From Apostichopus japonicus (Eukaryota): DNA of 64,000 nucleotides. The stretch covers positions 8,269,331 through 8,333,330 of the forward strand of contig NC_092575.1 of assembly GCF_037975245.1 (NCBI RefSeq). Direction: 5' to 3'. The notes beneath the pieces are model-generated. The model had not been told where the DNA came from, did not search any database, and was given only the letters and a program-made list of their open reading frames with translations. The translations under genes and the position numbers were made by a program. Shown here in pieces: positions 49,621 through 62,960 of this stretch (its first letter is position 1; each line of letters opens with the position of its first letter).

Positions 49621-50479
49621 AAAGCATATTTATGGAATTCTTCTCTACTTGCTAATACACTTGATTTTGTTCTCTTATACAGAAGTGCATGTAATGTGTA
49701 GTACAGAAACTACACTTACATACTCATTGTCATGATAAGGTGCAAAGCACAAAATTCACTTTTGTATTGTACAGAAAATTAGAGTAAAAAATTAAAAGTT
49801 GAGAATAAACATATCTCTGTTACTTATGTCTCTTTATTTTGTTCTTTACCTCCTCAGGTTCGTTAACACTCATTGCATTTAGTTCTACCTTTGCAGAACT
49901 ACATCATCACAATCATCATGTAAAAATCTACTGGACCTAACATAAACATTCGCCCTGCTAATCTTATCCAATCTGTCTGTGCTTCTCCGACATTTCTCAA
50001 TGAATTGAACTATCAAGATCACAGAGTTAGTCTCAATATAGGGTGAATAGGGTTGAGAGTGGATCAATAGTTTCATGGGTGACTTCAAAGAAAGTGTGTA
50101 AGGAACTGACCAATAGCAGTTTTAGCAGCTCGAATTGTTCTTATTGCAAGAAAACTACTAAATAGCTAAGCTCTTAATAGGAGACCACTGTAAGCTACAG
50201 TGGCCCTAAGTAGTTTTACAAGTTTATATCAAGAAACTATGAACGGAGTCTGAATATAGCACAAATATTTGATCCATAAAGGTGATGTATCTGCAGAAAC
50301 ACAGGGAGAACACATGTTGGATAACAATTTGTAGGGAGTGCTTCACACAGCTTCCAACCACTTGGATTGGACTTGCATAACATAAGGTCATAATTCATTG
50401 CATTTTTATTTCTTGCTGAAAGCAAAAGGAATCATTGTGGTCATGATGCCATTGTGTATGTTACACCTTGGTTTGTAAA

Positions 50480-50830
50480 CAACTCAATATTCTAAAGGAG
50501 GATGGATTTCAAACTTTGTATGTAGATGCACCATAGTGAGTTCTTGGCTATTGTTTTTAGCTGGGATCAAAGGTCATACTAGGTCACCACAGGTCAAACT
50601 GGAAACATTGTAAACAGGATATCCCAAGAAGTGAAGCTTTGATGAATCTCATGCTTGGCATGTTGATGTTTCATATTGAGTAGACGAACCCTATTGAAAT
50701 TGATGGCGGTCAACATTGAAGTCCGTCTGATAACTTTGTAAACATGGTAACTCGATAAGTACATCTTTCTTGAACTTTGTAATAAGTATGTAGATCCAGC
50801 TTGGTGAGTGCAAGAACCCTATCGAATTAC
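50480..50830. repeat. Dispersed copy of the ~125-bp satellite-like repeat.
   Basis: …gggatcaaaggtcatactaggtcaccacaggtcaaactggaaacattgtaaacagg… and …gatccagcttggtgagtgcaagaaccctatcgaat…. Confidence 0.55.
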
Positions 50831-53257
50831 TGTACGTTCTCTATATTTCTCACTCCTCAATCAACTCCAAGTCATGCGCTACATAGAATGATGCATGATG
50901 GGAATTGTTTACCGGACAACATATTATGAATAATCATGAATTTGGATATGACAGATGGCTTTGGCTAAGTTGTCATGTAGACCTTATATTCATTAACAAC
51001 AAATTAATAAAGGGATGGTAGCAAGGTGGCAGAGCAGATTTGATTAATACATCTATGTGTCTATATTTCACATTGGAAGACGTCTGGATATTGATACATA
51101 TTGGAGTAAAAATAAATTCTTAACAGTTGAATGAAATGGTTGTTGCCACAAATGTGTACGACAAATAAGAGCTGGAAATCTCTGACCTTTTCTGGTTTTC
51201 ACATAATTCTTGGACAAATTTAACTCACTTGCTCTACATTAGTCAAATAGTATTTGAAATTTCATGGAACAGAATCAAAGCCAACTTGCTTTCTGGTTTC
51301 AACAAATTTATTGTTTTCCAGTATTACTACAGAGTTGATAATTCACACACACATGACAATTCAACAGTCAAGTAAATGGAGATTTTAAATTGGTGAACAC
51401 TTCAACACATTACACAGAATATTCTGCATTTATATATATATTGACAGGTGATTGAGTTACAATAACATGCATTAAAAAAGTCATAATGGTTATAAGTAAT
51501 GAGTAACCTGTGCAGTCAAGCTGGCCTGTATCTGTGATGCCCTAGTTGAAAGTACACCTTGAGAAGAGGAAAGTTGACAAATTCTACATGCAGCTTGTCT
51601 ATAACAAGTACAATATCTTCGTTTGAAAATTAGCAAATTGAAACAAAAGCTGCTGTAAGGCATTCACTTTGTGCCATGGTTAGGAATGCAGTAAAATTAA
51701 GTCTTTTAATAATAGAAATCGGGCAGTCAAGTATTACCTATTCAGGTGTGTTGCAAATTGCAATAACATGTATTTTGAACAATTGGTTATGGAGAGGGCT
51801 GTCATTCTGGTTAACAATATATAGTCATGCGTATACAATAACATCCTGCAGCAAGAAAAAAGTTAAATATACATTTTTGAATATAGAACATCAAAATCAA
51901 CAAAACAGAAGCTAAGTCATAGAAAATGTTTTGGCACTAATGTTTCATAGAAAATGTTTTGGCACTAATGTTTGATAAACCATAAATCCAAACAGCTTAA
52001 TGGTTCTGATGCTTTCCATGCTGACAATTGAAATTGAGGTTCTTGATAAATGAACGTAATTGGACCATTGAAACTAGACCAGAAAGCTGACAGGCTGAGT
52101 GAGTCCTTGCCCACTTCATTTAGTGTAAATTGTTCACACAAGACATATGTGTTGCATGTTGTGCTTGATAAGGTGCATCCACATTCCACATGAAGTTGAT
52201 ACAAGCTTCAGCATGAAGACACTCTATGTTGTAACTTTCCAAATATAAAGTATTCAAACCAGAACCCAGAGGGATATTCTGGACAAAGACAATGTAACAC
52301 CTACCTGAGAGCAAAATATTTCACAATGTTAGTTGAAAACCCCACCTCAATATGTATGTAACCTATTTTGAAAAATTCCATGTTAGGTTGCAGAAAATAT
52401 GCAATTGTTGTCAAGCCATCAACATCAGCCACTGGAATGTACCTTTTAGTAGAGAATGTTGAAGGGATTTCCATTCACTAAAGAGGTTGTCATATGACTT
52501 TCAACAGGAACTAATGTTCAATTTCAGAATACAAGGTGTGTATCAGGTGTCTCAACTACAAATATTAGACTTCTTAAAATCAATATGGAGCATCCACTTA
52601 CAGTTTGCGATTCATCAAAGTGTTCCTTCACTGGATACTTTGGTTTCAAGGTTTTTTTCACATTAACACATCTGATGAAAGGATGACATTTGACCTCCAT
52701 TATAAACAATAAGCTTCTTGATCTCAACATTATTGCAACAAAATGATCAGTATTTTATCAGACGAACTCATTCCAATGTTTCTGGTGCGAACACACCATC
52801 CTGATAACACCAGCCCTCACACATAGTGAAGTCATGGTTCAGCCTCTTTATCTAGTACAAAGGGGAAAATTAAATTTTCATGCCAGTATCAGACTAGCTG
52901 GTGGTGCAAAAAGCATAAATACAGGTTAAAAATCAGACAACTTTGAAAAGAAACAAGAACCTAAGTAAGCAAGAATCACCTACACAGGAGTAGAAAGGTC
53001 ATCTGTGAATGTTTTCCAGTTAAAAATCAGTTGTCAGTATGTAGGGCAGATCCAAGAATCTTTGTGGCTTGCATTAGTCTACTTATGCTGACTAAAGGAA
53101 ACTTGAGTTGTAATGGAGTAAGAAGTTTGCAGTAAAACATACATCAGAGCAGAGTAAGTTTCTCTATGAGAGACTTGTGTCCATGGTTCTTTCTCTATTA
53201 GAGTAACTTTATTTTGCTCCTTTGGCAAGACTTCAAACTCTATTAGGGGCCTATGGG

Positions 53258-53987
53258 AGGTTTTCTATGGAACGCGATCTTATTTCGTTGTCTAAATTAA
53301 GTTTGTTGTCTAAACTAAAGTTGTTGCTGCTGTTTTACCACGTTGTTGCTCAAACTCACATTGATGTCTTAACTTTCGTTGTCTAAACATACGTCGTTGT
53401 CTAAACTTACGTTGTTGCCATCGGCGCTGTTCAAAATTGCTCCACCATGTAATGTAAACCAGCCTATGCAGATGACTTCAGTGCACTAGATTTCTGATTG
53501 TTAGTATAAGCAGAACTAGCTGTTACAATAGAAATGGCCCGAACCACCCATTTTGATAAATAACACTATGGCATGATAAACACAGGTCAGTCTACTGTAC
53601 GTGGTAACTGGTTATACACACCTCCACCAAAAACAATAGGGGTCTTGGAGGTCCAAGTCCATTTTGGGGTCACTAGAGGTCAAATTGTGGAAACTTTGTA
53701 AACACGATAACTCAAGAAGGGAAGGTTGGACGAATCTCATATTGATAATGTAGTTGTGACACGTTCAGTAAAAGATTTTGAGGTCAAAAGTCATTTGAAG
53801 TCACCAGACGCCAAACTATGGAAACCTTGTTTCATAAGCTACCGTATCTCCCTGGCTGTCAACATGACTTTAGACATCAACGTAAGTTTAGACATCAACG
53901 AACAACAGCAACATGGTAAAATAGCAGCAACAAACAGAGTTTAAACAACAAAGTAATGTTGCCCTTTTCGCGTTCCATAGTTTTGTG
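53258..53987. mobile_element. Foldback or MITE-like element (~730 bp) with ~150-bp inverted termini built from GTTGTCTAAAC sub-repeats. It encloses a copy of the dispersed satellite-like repeat.
   Basis: Left end tatggaacgcgatcttatttcgttgtctaaa…gttgctgctgttttaccacgttgttgc… Right end is its inverse (…gcaacatggtaaaatagcagcaaca…cgcgttccatag). Confidence 0.5.
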
Positions 53988-56280
53988 ACTCTTATTACAG
54001 CATTTGATGGTGTTGGTTCAACCAAAGCAAATATATCAGATGATCAGAAATATTAGAAATAAGAATTTCTAGGGAAAGGAATTAAACATGGGCAGAGTGA
54101 GTAAACATATGGTCAAGTTACCAGAAAAGAGGAGCTGACATGAGGGTTGTAGAAGGGTTTGAAAACTAGAAATATGCTATTAGATTGTAGACAATTTCAC
54201 TTTGCCAAGATTATATATAAGAAGTTTTCATTTAAATCTCCCATGATAGAATATTCAACATTTAAAATTGAAAAACGAACTTGAAATATTGAGAAAAGAG
54301 TGTACAACAATATCCTTCAGAGCACCTGTGGTACAATTCAGTTTTTAGTAAAATCAAATAAATCAAGATGTGCTGATGATGTATAGTACTACACCATTAT
54401 ATAAAACATTAAATATGTAATTTATTCCTAATATGACAGGTCTCTTTTGAGCCTGAGAGATCATACTGTACATGTGAGAGGTGTAAGTATATGGGTTCTA
54501 TATACAGCTTTCCAATTCAAATATGCAAGGACGCAGTACTATGCTGATAACCACATCTCATTTCATTACTTTCATCAAACTTGTTTTAATGTAGGTAAAA
54601 TTAAAAAACATTGCATGAATTCTATTTAGCAAAATAAGGAAGCTCAAAAGCATATTACACCCCACTTTTCTTAATAGCAAGAGTAAACCTGAGAAATTCA
54701 AAAGATCCCCATTACTTATAAAAAATATATTTTTGTAGAGGGCAGCTCATATCCGTATCATTGCATCCATACAAAAACGTCATTGAATAATACATTGTAT
54801 GAAAGGAGACATTTACGCACCTAGCATTTAACTTAGTGTCTTTGAGATGTCTTCAACAGTGTTCCACAAATATTCATGAATTATTTTTCTTTGATGACTG
54901 ATGGCATTTGGAAATGTTGATGCTAAACACTGAAGGTACTGGCATTACTTTTATATACCACATTATTTTACTTTCGAGGTGAGGATATCAGTAGAACAAA
55001 CAAAGAGGTGGCCAATGAAATGGAAAGGAACATTTCTTACTTTAGTAGGGAGTTGTTAATCACAAGAACTTCCTCCACATAGAGTAAGATATTATTTTTA
55101 CTAAAATGAAACTGACATTTATAGTAACTGACGTACTTACTATCACATCACCAATTCCAAGTATGAACTAAATCGGACATAGGGTTGAAGGAGATATTAA
55201 CACTTTAAGCATTTTATTTTAAACACCGCCCACTCATCAATATTCATGAGATTAGAACCACAAACAAAAGGGCCCTTAACACATTATGGGGTATCTATCT
55301 ACCAAGTATGACATTGACTTCATGTGTGGTTGTTGAGATATTGTGTTTCCAACTAGCCGTTGCATACACAAACATACAATCACACACACGCCAGCACCAT
55401 TGCAAAGGTTACTGAACCTTCGGCATCATAACCAAAAATAAAACTATAAAAAGTCACACACATACATGCAAAAGGTCAAATCAATCAAAATATCAAAATC
55501 AAAAATAAGATCAAATATAAAACGAAAATCTAACATTTTGTGTGGATGCAGTGGCTGTTTTCTTAATTTCCTGTCTGTTTCCTGGTGGAGGAAGGGGAGG
55601 GATGAGTTGGTTCATGGCAAAACTAGTCTCAGAAAAGAGTAGATTAAAGTAACAGAAGCACACAATCGGATTAAAATGTGATTAATTGTATAAAAAATAT
55701 AGAAAAAATTGCAAAATCATACTGGCCAAAAAAAATTATGATATTTAACTTGAACTACACAGTTCCTCTTCTAATGGATAAGAAATAACTGCATGCAAAT
55801 GCTTGCACCCACACAAACTTACATGCCTGCACGCATACTTACATACATGCAAAGACAGAAGCATATGTTCATACACATTCTACATAAAGTACAAATAAGG
55901 CATGCAAAAGATGCACAAATATGAAACATCAAGAGAAGACGCAACTGCAGTACATAATGCTTCTGGTACTGCTGATGAGGTTGAATGCCCACTATGCATT
56001 GCAAATTACTCTAAACAATAACAATCATCAATGTCTTTCCTCTGGGCAACCATGCAGCATACTTAACAGAACTTTGAATGTTGTTACAAAATCATCGATC
56101 AGTGATGACATTAAGAAATACTATGATGCTGCAATGATCCATCCTTCGTTGGTTCTTTCAACTTACACACTGAATATGCACCAACCGTATCAATAAGAAG
56201 TCAGGAAACAGAACTCTTCTTAACATCTCTGTTCTTACCATTGTCATCATGGTGAAAAAAAGTTGAGATTTCAAGAAATT

Positions 56281-56484
56281 TCACCTGAAAACATTTGACA
56301 TGTATTCCTTTGGTATGGGCTGTTTTCCATTGGCAAGTAGCAAACTATTGGCAAGTTCTATTTTGTGATGAACATAGCTTTTCATTACACTTGTGAAGGG
56401 ATCAAACTCCTTTTTTGCTGTTCTATGAAAACTTCCCTCTTGATTAGCGATGGTACAGTTCATTCGGGCAATGTCAATTTCTAC
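56281..56484 (-). CDS. Sulfotransferase-domain gene terminal exon. Encodes VEIDIARMNCTIANQEGSFHRTAKKEFDPFTSVMKSYVHHKIELANSLLLANGKQPIPKEYMSNVFR*.
   Basis: Minus-strand acceptor tttttaaag|GTAGAA in phase 0. In-frame TGA stop (plus-strand tca at 56281-56283). Confidence 0.6.
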   Translation of the reverse strand, partial: VEIDIARMNCTIANQEGSFHRTAKKEFDPFTSVMKSYVHHKIELANSLLLANGKQPIPKEYMSNVFR

Positions 56485-56994
56485 CTTTAAAAACTGAAGA
56501 GAAAGAATGGAGAGACATTCAAAGTTGAGATTTACTACAGACTATTTATAATTCATGCAATTTAATAATATCCAATACACACTGCAAGAGATACTAAAGG
56601 TGTGAGTGAGATCTTTGTAAACATAGCTACCAGTAACATTACAAACATCCTAACTGTTAAGAAAACAGTACATTTAAAAATGCAATCACATCTCATGCTC
56701 TTCATCAAGAGTGCAACCTGAACCCCACCCAGTTCCTCCCATCTTCTGTTTGAATAATCCTCGCAGTCAAAAAAATATGAAACCATAAAACTGCAACTGA
56801 TTTTGAGGTTATCAGCACGTTTCTGGGATTGTGGTTTTAAAGAATAGACTAGTGCCTCTCATCATTAAATTCAAGACATAAATTCTAGAATATCCTATCA
56901 AAGAATTCCCTGCATACAGTATTTCTGTTCTACTCTCTCTTCCTGTTCCTTTCAAACTTTGACCATTGATAAAATACTTATACTATTTACTTAC

Positions 56995-57137
56995 TTTCAG
57001 CATTTTCTCTATTTCTTTTCTTGTATCGGTGAGAATATCTTCATAGTATGTGATGTGGATGTTAGGATCCTTTTGGAGCCATTTCTCAATTACTCCATAC
57101 CACTTGTCGCCCATCTGACGTACGAAAGATTCCCATT
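56995..57137 (-). CDS. Sulfotransferase-domain gene exon. Encodes (E)WESFVRQMGDKWYGVIEKWLQKDPNIHITYYEDILTDTRKEIEKMLK. Phase 1-0.
   Basis: Minus-strand acceptor ttaattcag|AATGGG; donor AAA|GTAAGT. W…H…W……YEDL motifs are typical of sulfotransferase C-terminal halves. Confidence 0.65.
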
Positions 57138-58417
57138 CTGAATTAAAAAATATCACTTGAGTGCTCAATAATGCAAAGACATAATACAAGACCAAGAGGT
57201 CAGAATGGCCATTATATTATATAAAGGCTTCCATTGAAATGCATGAATATGACACCATATAAGCCCTACTGTCTGTTACAAATTCAAACTCAAAAATAAA
57301 ACTGCAGTGGCAGAATGACCTGTCTCTTTGACATTTCCTCCTGAAAATGGCCCTTTTATTTTACAACATTCGTGACTGGTAGAAGAAAAGCCAACACCCT
57401 GATGATGTAGTACTATAGTATACAGGTCCAAAGCCAGAATATATTAAGGGGTGGGGAGGGGAGGGGGGGGGAATTAGAGGGAAAGGGTCTGAGGGTGTCT
57501 ATTCATCTTTAGAAATTTATTGTGGTTAAGAGGCTTAGATGAAAAATGGTGCAATCATTTCCATCATTTGAATGACATTTGTGTGTATGACTAGTATGCA
57601 TGCATAATAAAAGGTAAGCAACTTGTAATAAAACTGGGGAGGGATGAAAGGCAGGTGTTCCCATGTTCCCAGTGGGTACAGCCCTGTATAACCTATATTA
57701 TGTATAGTATGTGTGGGGTAAGTATACGTAGGTATCTCATATCTCTTTATTGACCCAAATAAAATTGCATACCATGCACAAAACTCTGACTAAAAGTGTC
57801 AGTTACTGAATTAAGTTAACTTGTTAAGACAAATCTACTTCTTTGTTTGTAATGGTTTATGAGGAGAACCTTCTGAGAAGCAGATTACACCATGCTGTCA
57901 AAACAAGTAGCATATATAGGGTCATACCTGTTTCCTTTTCTTTTGCAAATTTTGCTTTGCTCTCCTAAACAATTTCTGTGGAGGAACTTTGCCCATCAAT
58001 GCCTCTCACTCACCCCCCCCCCCTTTGGCTACACCATAGTGCACAAGGTAGAATCTACTATTAGCTTCAACACGGCTGTACTATATGACTGTATTAAAAT
58101 AAAAGGTGGTCTTTGTATTGTATGTAGCCATTTGTCAGTTATAGCACCTAACAGCACTGCAAACTTAAACTAGAATGGTGTCCATACTTAGAGAGGTAAC
58201 TCTCCTTGGTGGCTGTATTCCTGATTAATTATTTATGACACTGCTGTGGGCATACTCTTGGTGTGAAAGTAGTTGAATCAAGTTATACCAGCTGTGAATA
58301 ACTACAGTATATCTGACAAACACATCAAGGGGACAATTTGTCTTGGTTTCCCATTTTTTGCTTCAAACTTGTTCCATCATTTATTAATAATTGCTGACAG
58401 TTCGCAATATGTCTTAC

Positions 58418-58624
58418 CTGGACCAGCAAACTGTGACTGATCTGCAACTGCTGTGTGGTTTTTTCCAGTTAAAATACGATTATATTCGGAAATCATCGCC
58501 TTGAAGGGATTTCTAACTAAGACGATGCCAGTGTCATACTGCTGTGAGTTTTCTGTCTTGAATCGATGGCATTTCACCACCAGTAGAGTTCCATCCCAAG
58601 GGTTCTCATACTCTCCAAAGAAAC
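58418..58624 (-). CDS. Sulfotransferase-domain gene exon. Encodes (G)FFGEYENPWDGTLLVVKCHRFKTENSQQYDTGIVLVRNPFKAMISEYNRILTGKNHTAVADQSQFAGP. Phase 1-1.
   Basis: Minus-strand acceptor tttgttag|GTTTC; donor CCAG|GTAAGA. LLVKxH… and …VRNPFxA motifs are typical of the sulfotransferase fold. Phases match the adjacent exons. Confidence 0.65.
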
Positions 58625-59604
58625 CTAACAAATATACAGAAATACAATCAGAAGCTTCTGCTAAAGAATGAAAATCTACTCACAAAAGCTGTCCCATGAA
58701 TATATCAATTCTCTATTAAGTCTATTTTCGTTGACATCGAAAAACATTTGATCCTTTGCTGATAATTTGCATGGATAACACTACGTTCCTTTTCGTTTCC
58801 AAATATCATTCTGTGAGACCAATGTGTTTTAAATATTAGGACAACAGTTAATATATAGGTAATGTAATTGGTAAGAACATGTCATAAACCTTACTAAATT
58901 TACTTTAAATGTTATTTTTCTATTTTACATTTATCTCCAATTGACAATGGTCTGTTACAGCAGGTTCTACATATCACAAGTTGATGTTCACAAGCAGATT
59001 ACTTCAACCTCTATAACAGTCATATTAAATTTTGGACAGTACTGCAGTATTTTCACTGCACTTCATGAAACCAATTGCTTGAGGTCAAAGGTCAACTAGT
59101 TCATAATTAAAATCTACTCTACTTTGAGAATTTAACATTACTTGTGTACAAACATGACCATAGCAATATCAAGGGTCACACAGAAATCCTGCAAATCCGA
59201 ATTTGAACTGACCTGTACAATGGCTATTTTGTTTACTCAAAAACAACTGAAATATTCAGAAGGAGGAAGTATAAGTCTGGGGATTCATTCATATATCTTA
59301 CTGATAGAGATGTACTAATAAAAATATCATGCTAAGGTCAGCTTGACAGAAGTTCCAATCACAAATACAAAAACACGTAGAACTATTTAAGGTGGCGATA
59401 CTAGAATACAGTATAAAGACAGCAATGTTCCAACACTAACATGGCAGCAAGCTAACACATTATGTCCTGAGAGCTAAATTATAGAAAAGGAGTGTGTTGA
59501 CAGCCTTTCTTCTGCCTTTGATCATATTTTAATAAAGAATAGGACCAAATTATAGTTCAAGTGAAGTTCTAAGAGTTTACTGCAAGAAGTTGATCTATTC
59601 TTAC

Positions 59605-59796
59605 CAGCCCTAAAAAGCCTCTTGTCAGAATAGATGCTGCCAGTAAAGATGCCCGATGCACTCTCAAGTAAATGTCGCACCCAAGTATTCCCGGAACCTG
59701 GAAGACTAGCAAGAGCGACAATTGGTCTACTACCCTGGGAAGCCAGTTTCTTGCTCTTACATATATCCATGTCAACATTTGCTTGGTGGCGGGATT
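59605..59796 (-). CDS. Sulfotransferase-domain gene exon. Encodes ESRHQANVDMDICKSKKLASQGSRPIVALASLPGSGNTWVRHLLESASGIFTGSIYSDKRLFRA(G). PGSGNTW is a PAPS 5'-phosphosulfate-binding (5'-PSB) type motif. Phase 1-1.
   Basis: Minus-strand acceptor ttcttcag|AATCCC; donor GCTG|GTAAGA. The P-loop-like (V/I)ALASxPGSGNTW motif resembles the catalytic domain of WSCD-type and Golgi sulfotransferases (from memory, not verifiable here). Confidence 0.65.
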
Positions 59797-62012
59797 CTGA
59801 AGAAATAGCAAACAATGTAGATTATTTATATGAGCATCCGTTGAGATGAGGAAAATATGTTTCTAGAAAGGAATATGGCTCCCTTCAAGATTCTGATTGT
59901 GCTAAACATAGACCTGTGAAAGAGCTTTGAATACAAATTGCAGTGGCATATCACATACAGCCTTCAAACTGAGTGAAATAAACCCAAAGACAATAAAACC
60001 ACGATACCAGAATCAGGAAGACCTCACACAGAGCCGGTGTACAAATTTCAATTTCCCTGACAGCAGATTTTCCGTGACTGAAAATACATATGAAATATTT
60101 TTAAAATGAAGCCTAACTGCATTTAGGTATTTTTATTTTCCTATATCTTTGCTAGATTCACTTCAAACTTATCATGGCTTTTAACTTACAATGTTTCAAG
60201 CTTGGTACTTAATGACCAGATATCCCATCAAGCACATGCAGCTCATGGAAACGAAGAAGGATGTATAAAGCCAACTCATTTGGATGCTGCCAGATATGTG
60301 TTGACTACCCGAAACCATGCAGTGAGCAGCAATATAATAATGACAAGTATTTGAGAATACCTTGATTCATATGAAAGAAATATCACCATGCAAAAGAGAG
60401 CAGCATTAATAAAAACAAAGACAATGAAAGTGTTGAAAGAGCCAAAGGGTTTATTGAGGAGAAACACATGCAATCAACCATTACTGTGAAATTAGATATG
60501 GAAGATGAAGACAACAGAATGCAACATTAATTTGGTAATATTGGTTACAAAAATTGTTGGATAACCAACACCAAGATTTGTTGTCTTACAGCATTTCTTT
60601 CATAAAGTTAGTAGTTAATACCGGTTACCCAAATGACTAAACAGAGCAATATGTTAACACCAACATCATAGACCCAATGAACGCAGAGTTAATCAACATA
60701 TTATTATGAAGCAAGATTACATTCAAGACTTCACCGCTGAGATCTTTGCAGAAATGGAATATTGACCAGCAATTTACACAGCATCAAGGTTTATATTTTG
60801 TTATTGGTGTGTGACTAGAGGTGAGGGGGTAGGAGATGGGTTCAATCATCAAGGAAATTAAATTGCTATCATTAATTCTCTAGATTCCACAGCCAAACAG
60901 CTGTTTACATTTCCAATATTCAAAGAATACTTCATTATTTGAATTATATTATCCAAATGGTTCTGTGTTATACAAAAATTATTGAAAATTTCTACTGAAA
61001 GAGAAATTGACAACTAGGCTTATCTTTATAAGGCCTTACAAAGTGTTTCTACTTTTCATCCTATATTTGTGTCATAGTAACCAACAAAACATTCAGATAC
61101 TTACTGATCTTACATGTTTGTGTGAGCATTGAAACATTGATGATGTGGATGTGCTATTTTGGTAACGCAACAGAGGAATACATCACATTTATATCACATT
61201 TTAACACTTGCTATGTGTAATCACTTCAACATACTGATAAGAAATTTTCAGACGGGGGTACTGTACCATTTCTGAGATGCTGGTGTGTGTATATTTGGAT
61301 AGATTAACATTACATTTTAATCTCGCCAATATTTCTCAGATGCTGGTGGTAGTTACTTTCCCTTTCACTGAACTTCCCAAAGTCACTGCATCAGATTCAT
61401 ATAACAGTTCACACCTTGCCAATTTTTCTTTTAACCACAGAGACCACATAGCAGGTAGCATACGCCTATTAAAAGCCCCATTGACTTACACACTAAATCA
61501 AGAAAGTAATGTGATCTCTAAGTCTAGATGCTACCCATCACCGGATAGCTGACAAGTTGGCCTTTCATGGCACCATCAATTTTCCATATCATGAATTTAA
61601 AGATTTTTTTTGCTATGAGAGCCTGAAGTTTTCGTCACTTGTAAAACAAACCTCTCCACTCAGAAGTAAACAATTTTTGTATGCTGCTCCTTGGAGGCAC
61701 AAAAACCAGATTCCGATTGATAACATATCAAAAGATATGTTCTCCTGATGCTTGCTTGGTACTTTTCCCGAAGGAGAACATTTGGGCGGATGTATATAGA
61801 CTCTTGTAGGAGTATGCCACCTTGCAACTGACTACTTTGATGTCTATCTTACGCAGAGTGAAGAACTGTCTACCTTGCTTTTAATGTGTCAACTGCGGGG
61901 ATTGTGTGATTAGGTGGGTGGAACAGATTGGAAACAATATCCCATCACCGTGTTGTTGTGAATCTCGTACAGCGGAAGATTGCACTTATTAACAAGCAGC
62001 TTTCACTCTTAC

Positions 62013-62285
62013 CTTCTTCTTTTAGCTTATCTAAAAGAATTTGCTTTTTTTTAAGTTTTCCTTTCAATTTCCTTGTTTTCTCTTTCAGTTCATTCAATGT
62101 TGTCTGATCACTGTTCTCAGTAATCCCTGATTCAACTTTCAAATGGTTGGTCTTTGCATGTTCAGAGCTAAATTCTGCTGATTTCTTGTCAATGAATGCT
62201 TCTTTCTCTTGGTCATCTTTCAAGTGTATTCTCTCGTAGGTCTTGTTATTTAATTTGTTACCTGTGGATGTATCATATTCACCAC
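62013..62285 (-). CDS. Candidate stem-region exon of the sulfotransferase gene. K/E-rich and coiled-coil-like. Encodes …GEYDTSTGNKLNNKTYERIHLKDDQEKEAFIDKKSAEFSSEHAKTNHLKVESGITENSDQTTLNELKEKTRKLKGKLKKKQILLDKLKEE. Phase 1-1.
   Basis: Minus-strand acceptor T17…aag| (plus-strand A-run at 62288-62307); donor GAAG|GTAAGA. Phase is compatible with the exon at 59796. No homology support. Confidence 0.35.
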
Positions 62286-62579
62286 CTTAAAAAAAAAAAA
62301 AAAAAAGGAAAAAGATAGCAAAAAATACAATGACATAAAGATTTGTTTATAATAGGATTTATCAGCTCTTAAATTACAGTAAAATGAGTAGAAGTAAAAG
62401 ATTGCTAATTCATTAAACTAAAAACATTCTAAAATGGTTATAAAAAAAATGCGACCCAATATCAATTGCAGTGCAACAATTTTTCAGTATTGTTTTTGTC
62501 ATCTCAAATTTATATCATAAATGTCTTTCAGTAGAAGTTAAAGAACTGAAAGTTTACTTCAAGCGTGCAGCCATGGGGA

Positions 62580-62960
62580 TTCCCCTCCCAAATGAGAGAA
62601 AACAAAAAAGCGGAGAGCAAAAGAGAGAGAGAAAAAGAGCGACCATTAGCCGGAGAATTTGTAGAATAACACAGAGGGATCTCACACAAATATCCAGAAG
62701 TGTGGAAATTGGAATATTCTTATTTATGACTAAAAATAGAACTCATGGGCATAGCGTCTAAGCCTTTTGTCCCTCACACTTTTGCAAAGCTATCTACACC
62801 GGTAGCCTACATAGAGTCACACTTTCGAAAAGGAATGCAAACAACCAAATTATAGGCAACCTATGTATAGGGGAGAAATCCAACAAAAATGTCTCGATTT
62901 GGTCAGTAAATTCTCTAAATTTGACCAGTTGTGTTACAGAAAAACTGGCAACCCTGTTGT
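62580..62960. repeat. Second copy of the 13.7-14.1 kb interspersed repeat.
   Basis: See the paired feature at 13700-14140. About 75-80% identity over ~350 bp. Confidence 0.6.

Noticed and set aside
60276-60473. Minus-strand hydrophobic ORF (MHVFLLNKPFGSFNTFIVFVFINAALFCMVIFLSY…) as the transmembrane exon of the sulfotransferase
   Set aside because: It lies between the putative stem exon (62013-62285) and the catalytic exons, which would be the wrong order for a tail-transmembrane-stem-catalytic protein. No convincing splice sites were found, and it is AT-rich low-complexity sequence.
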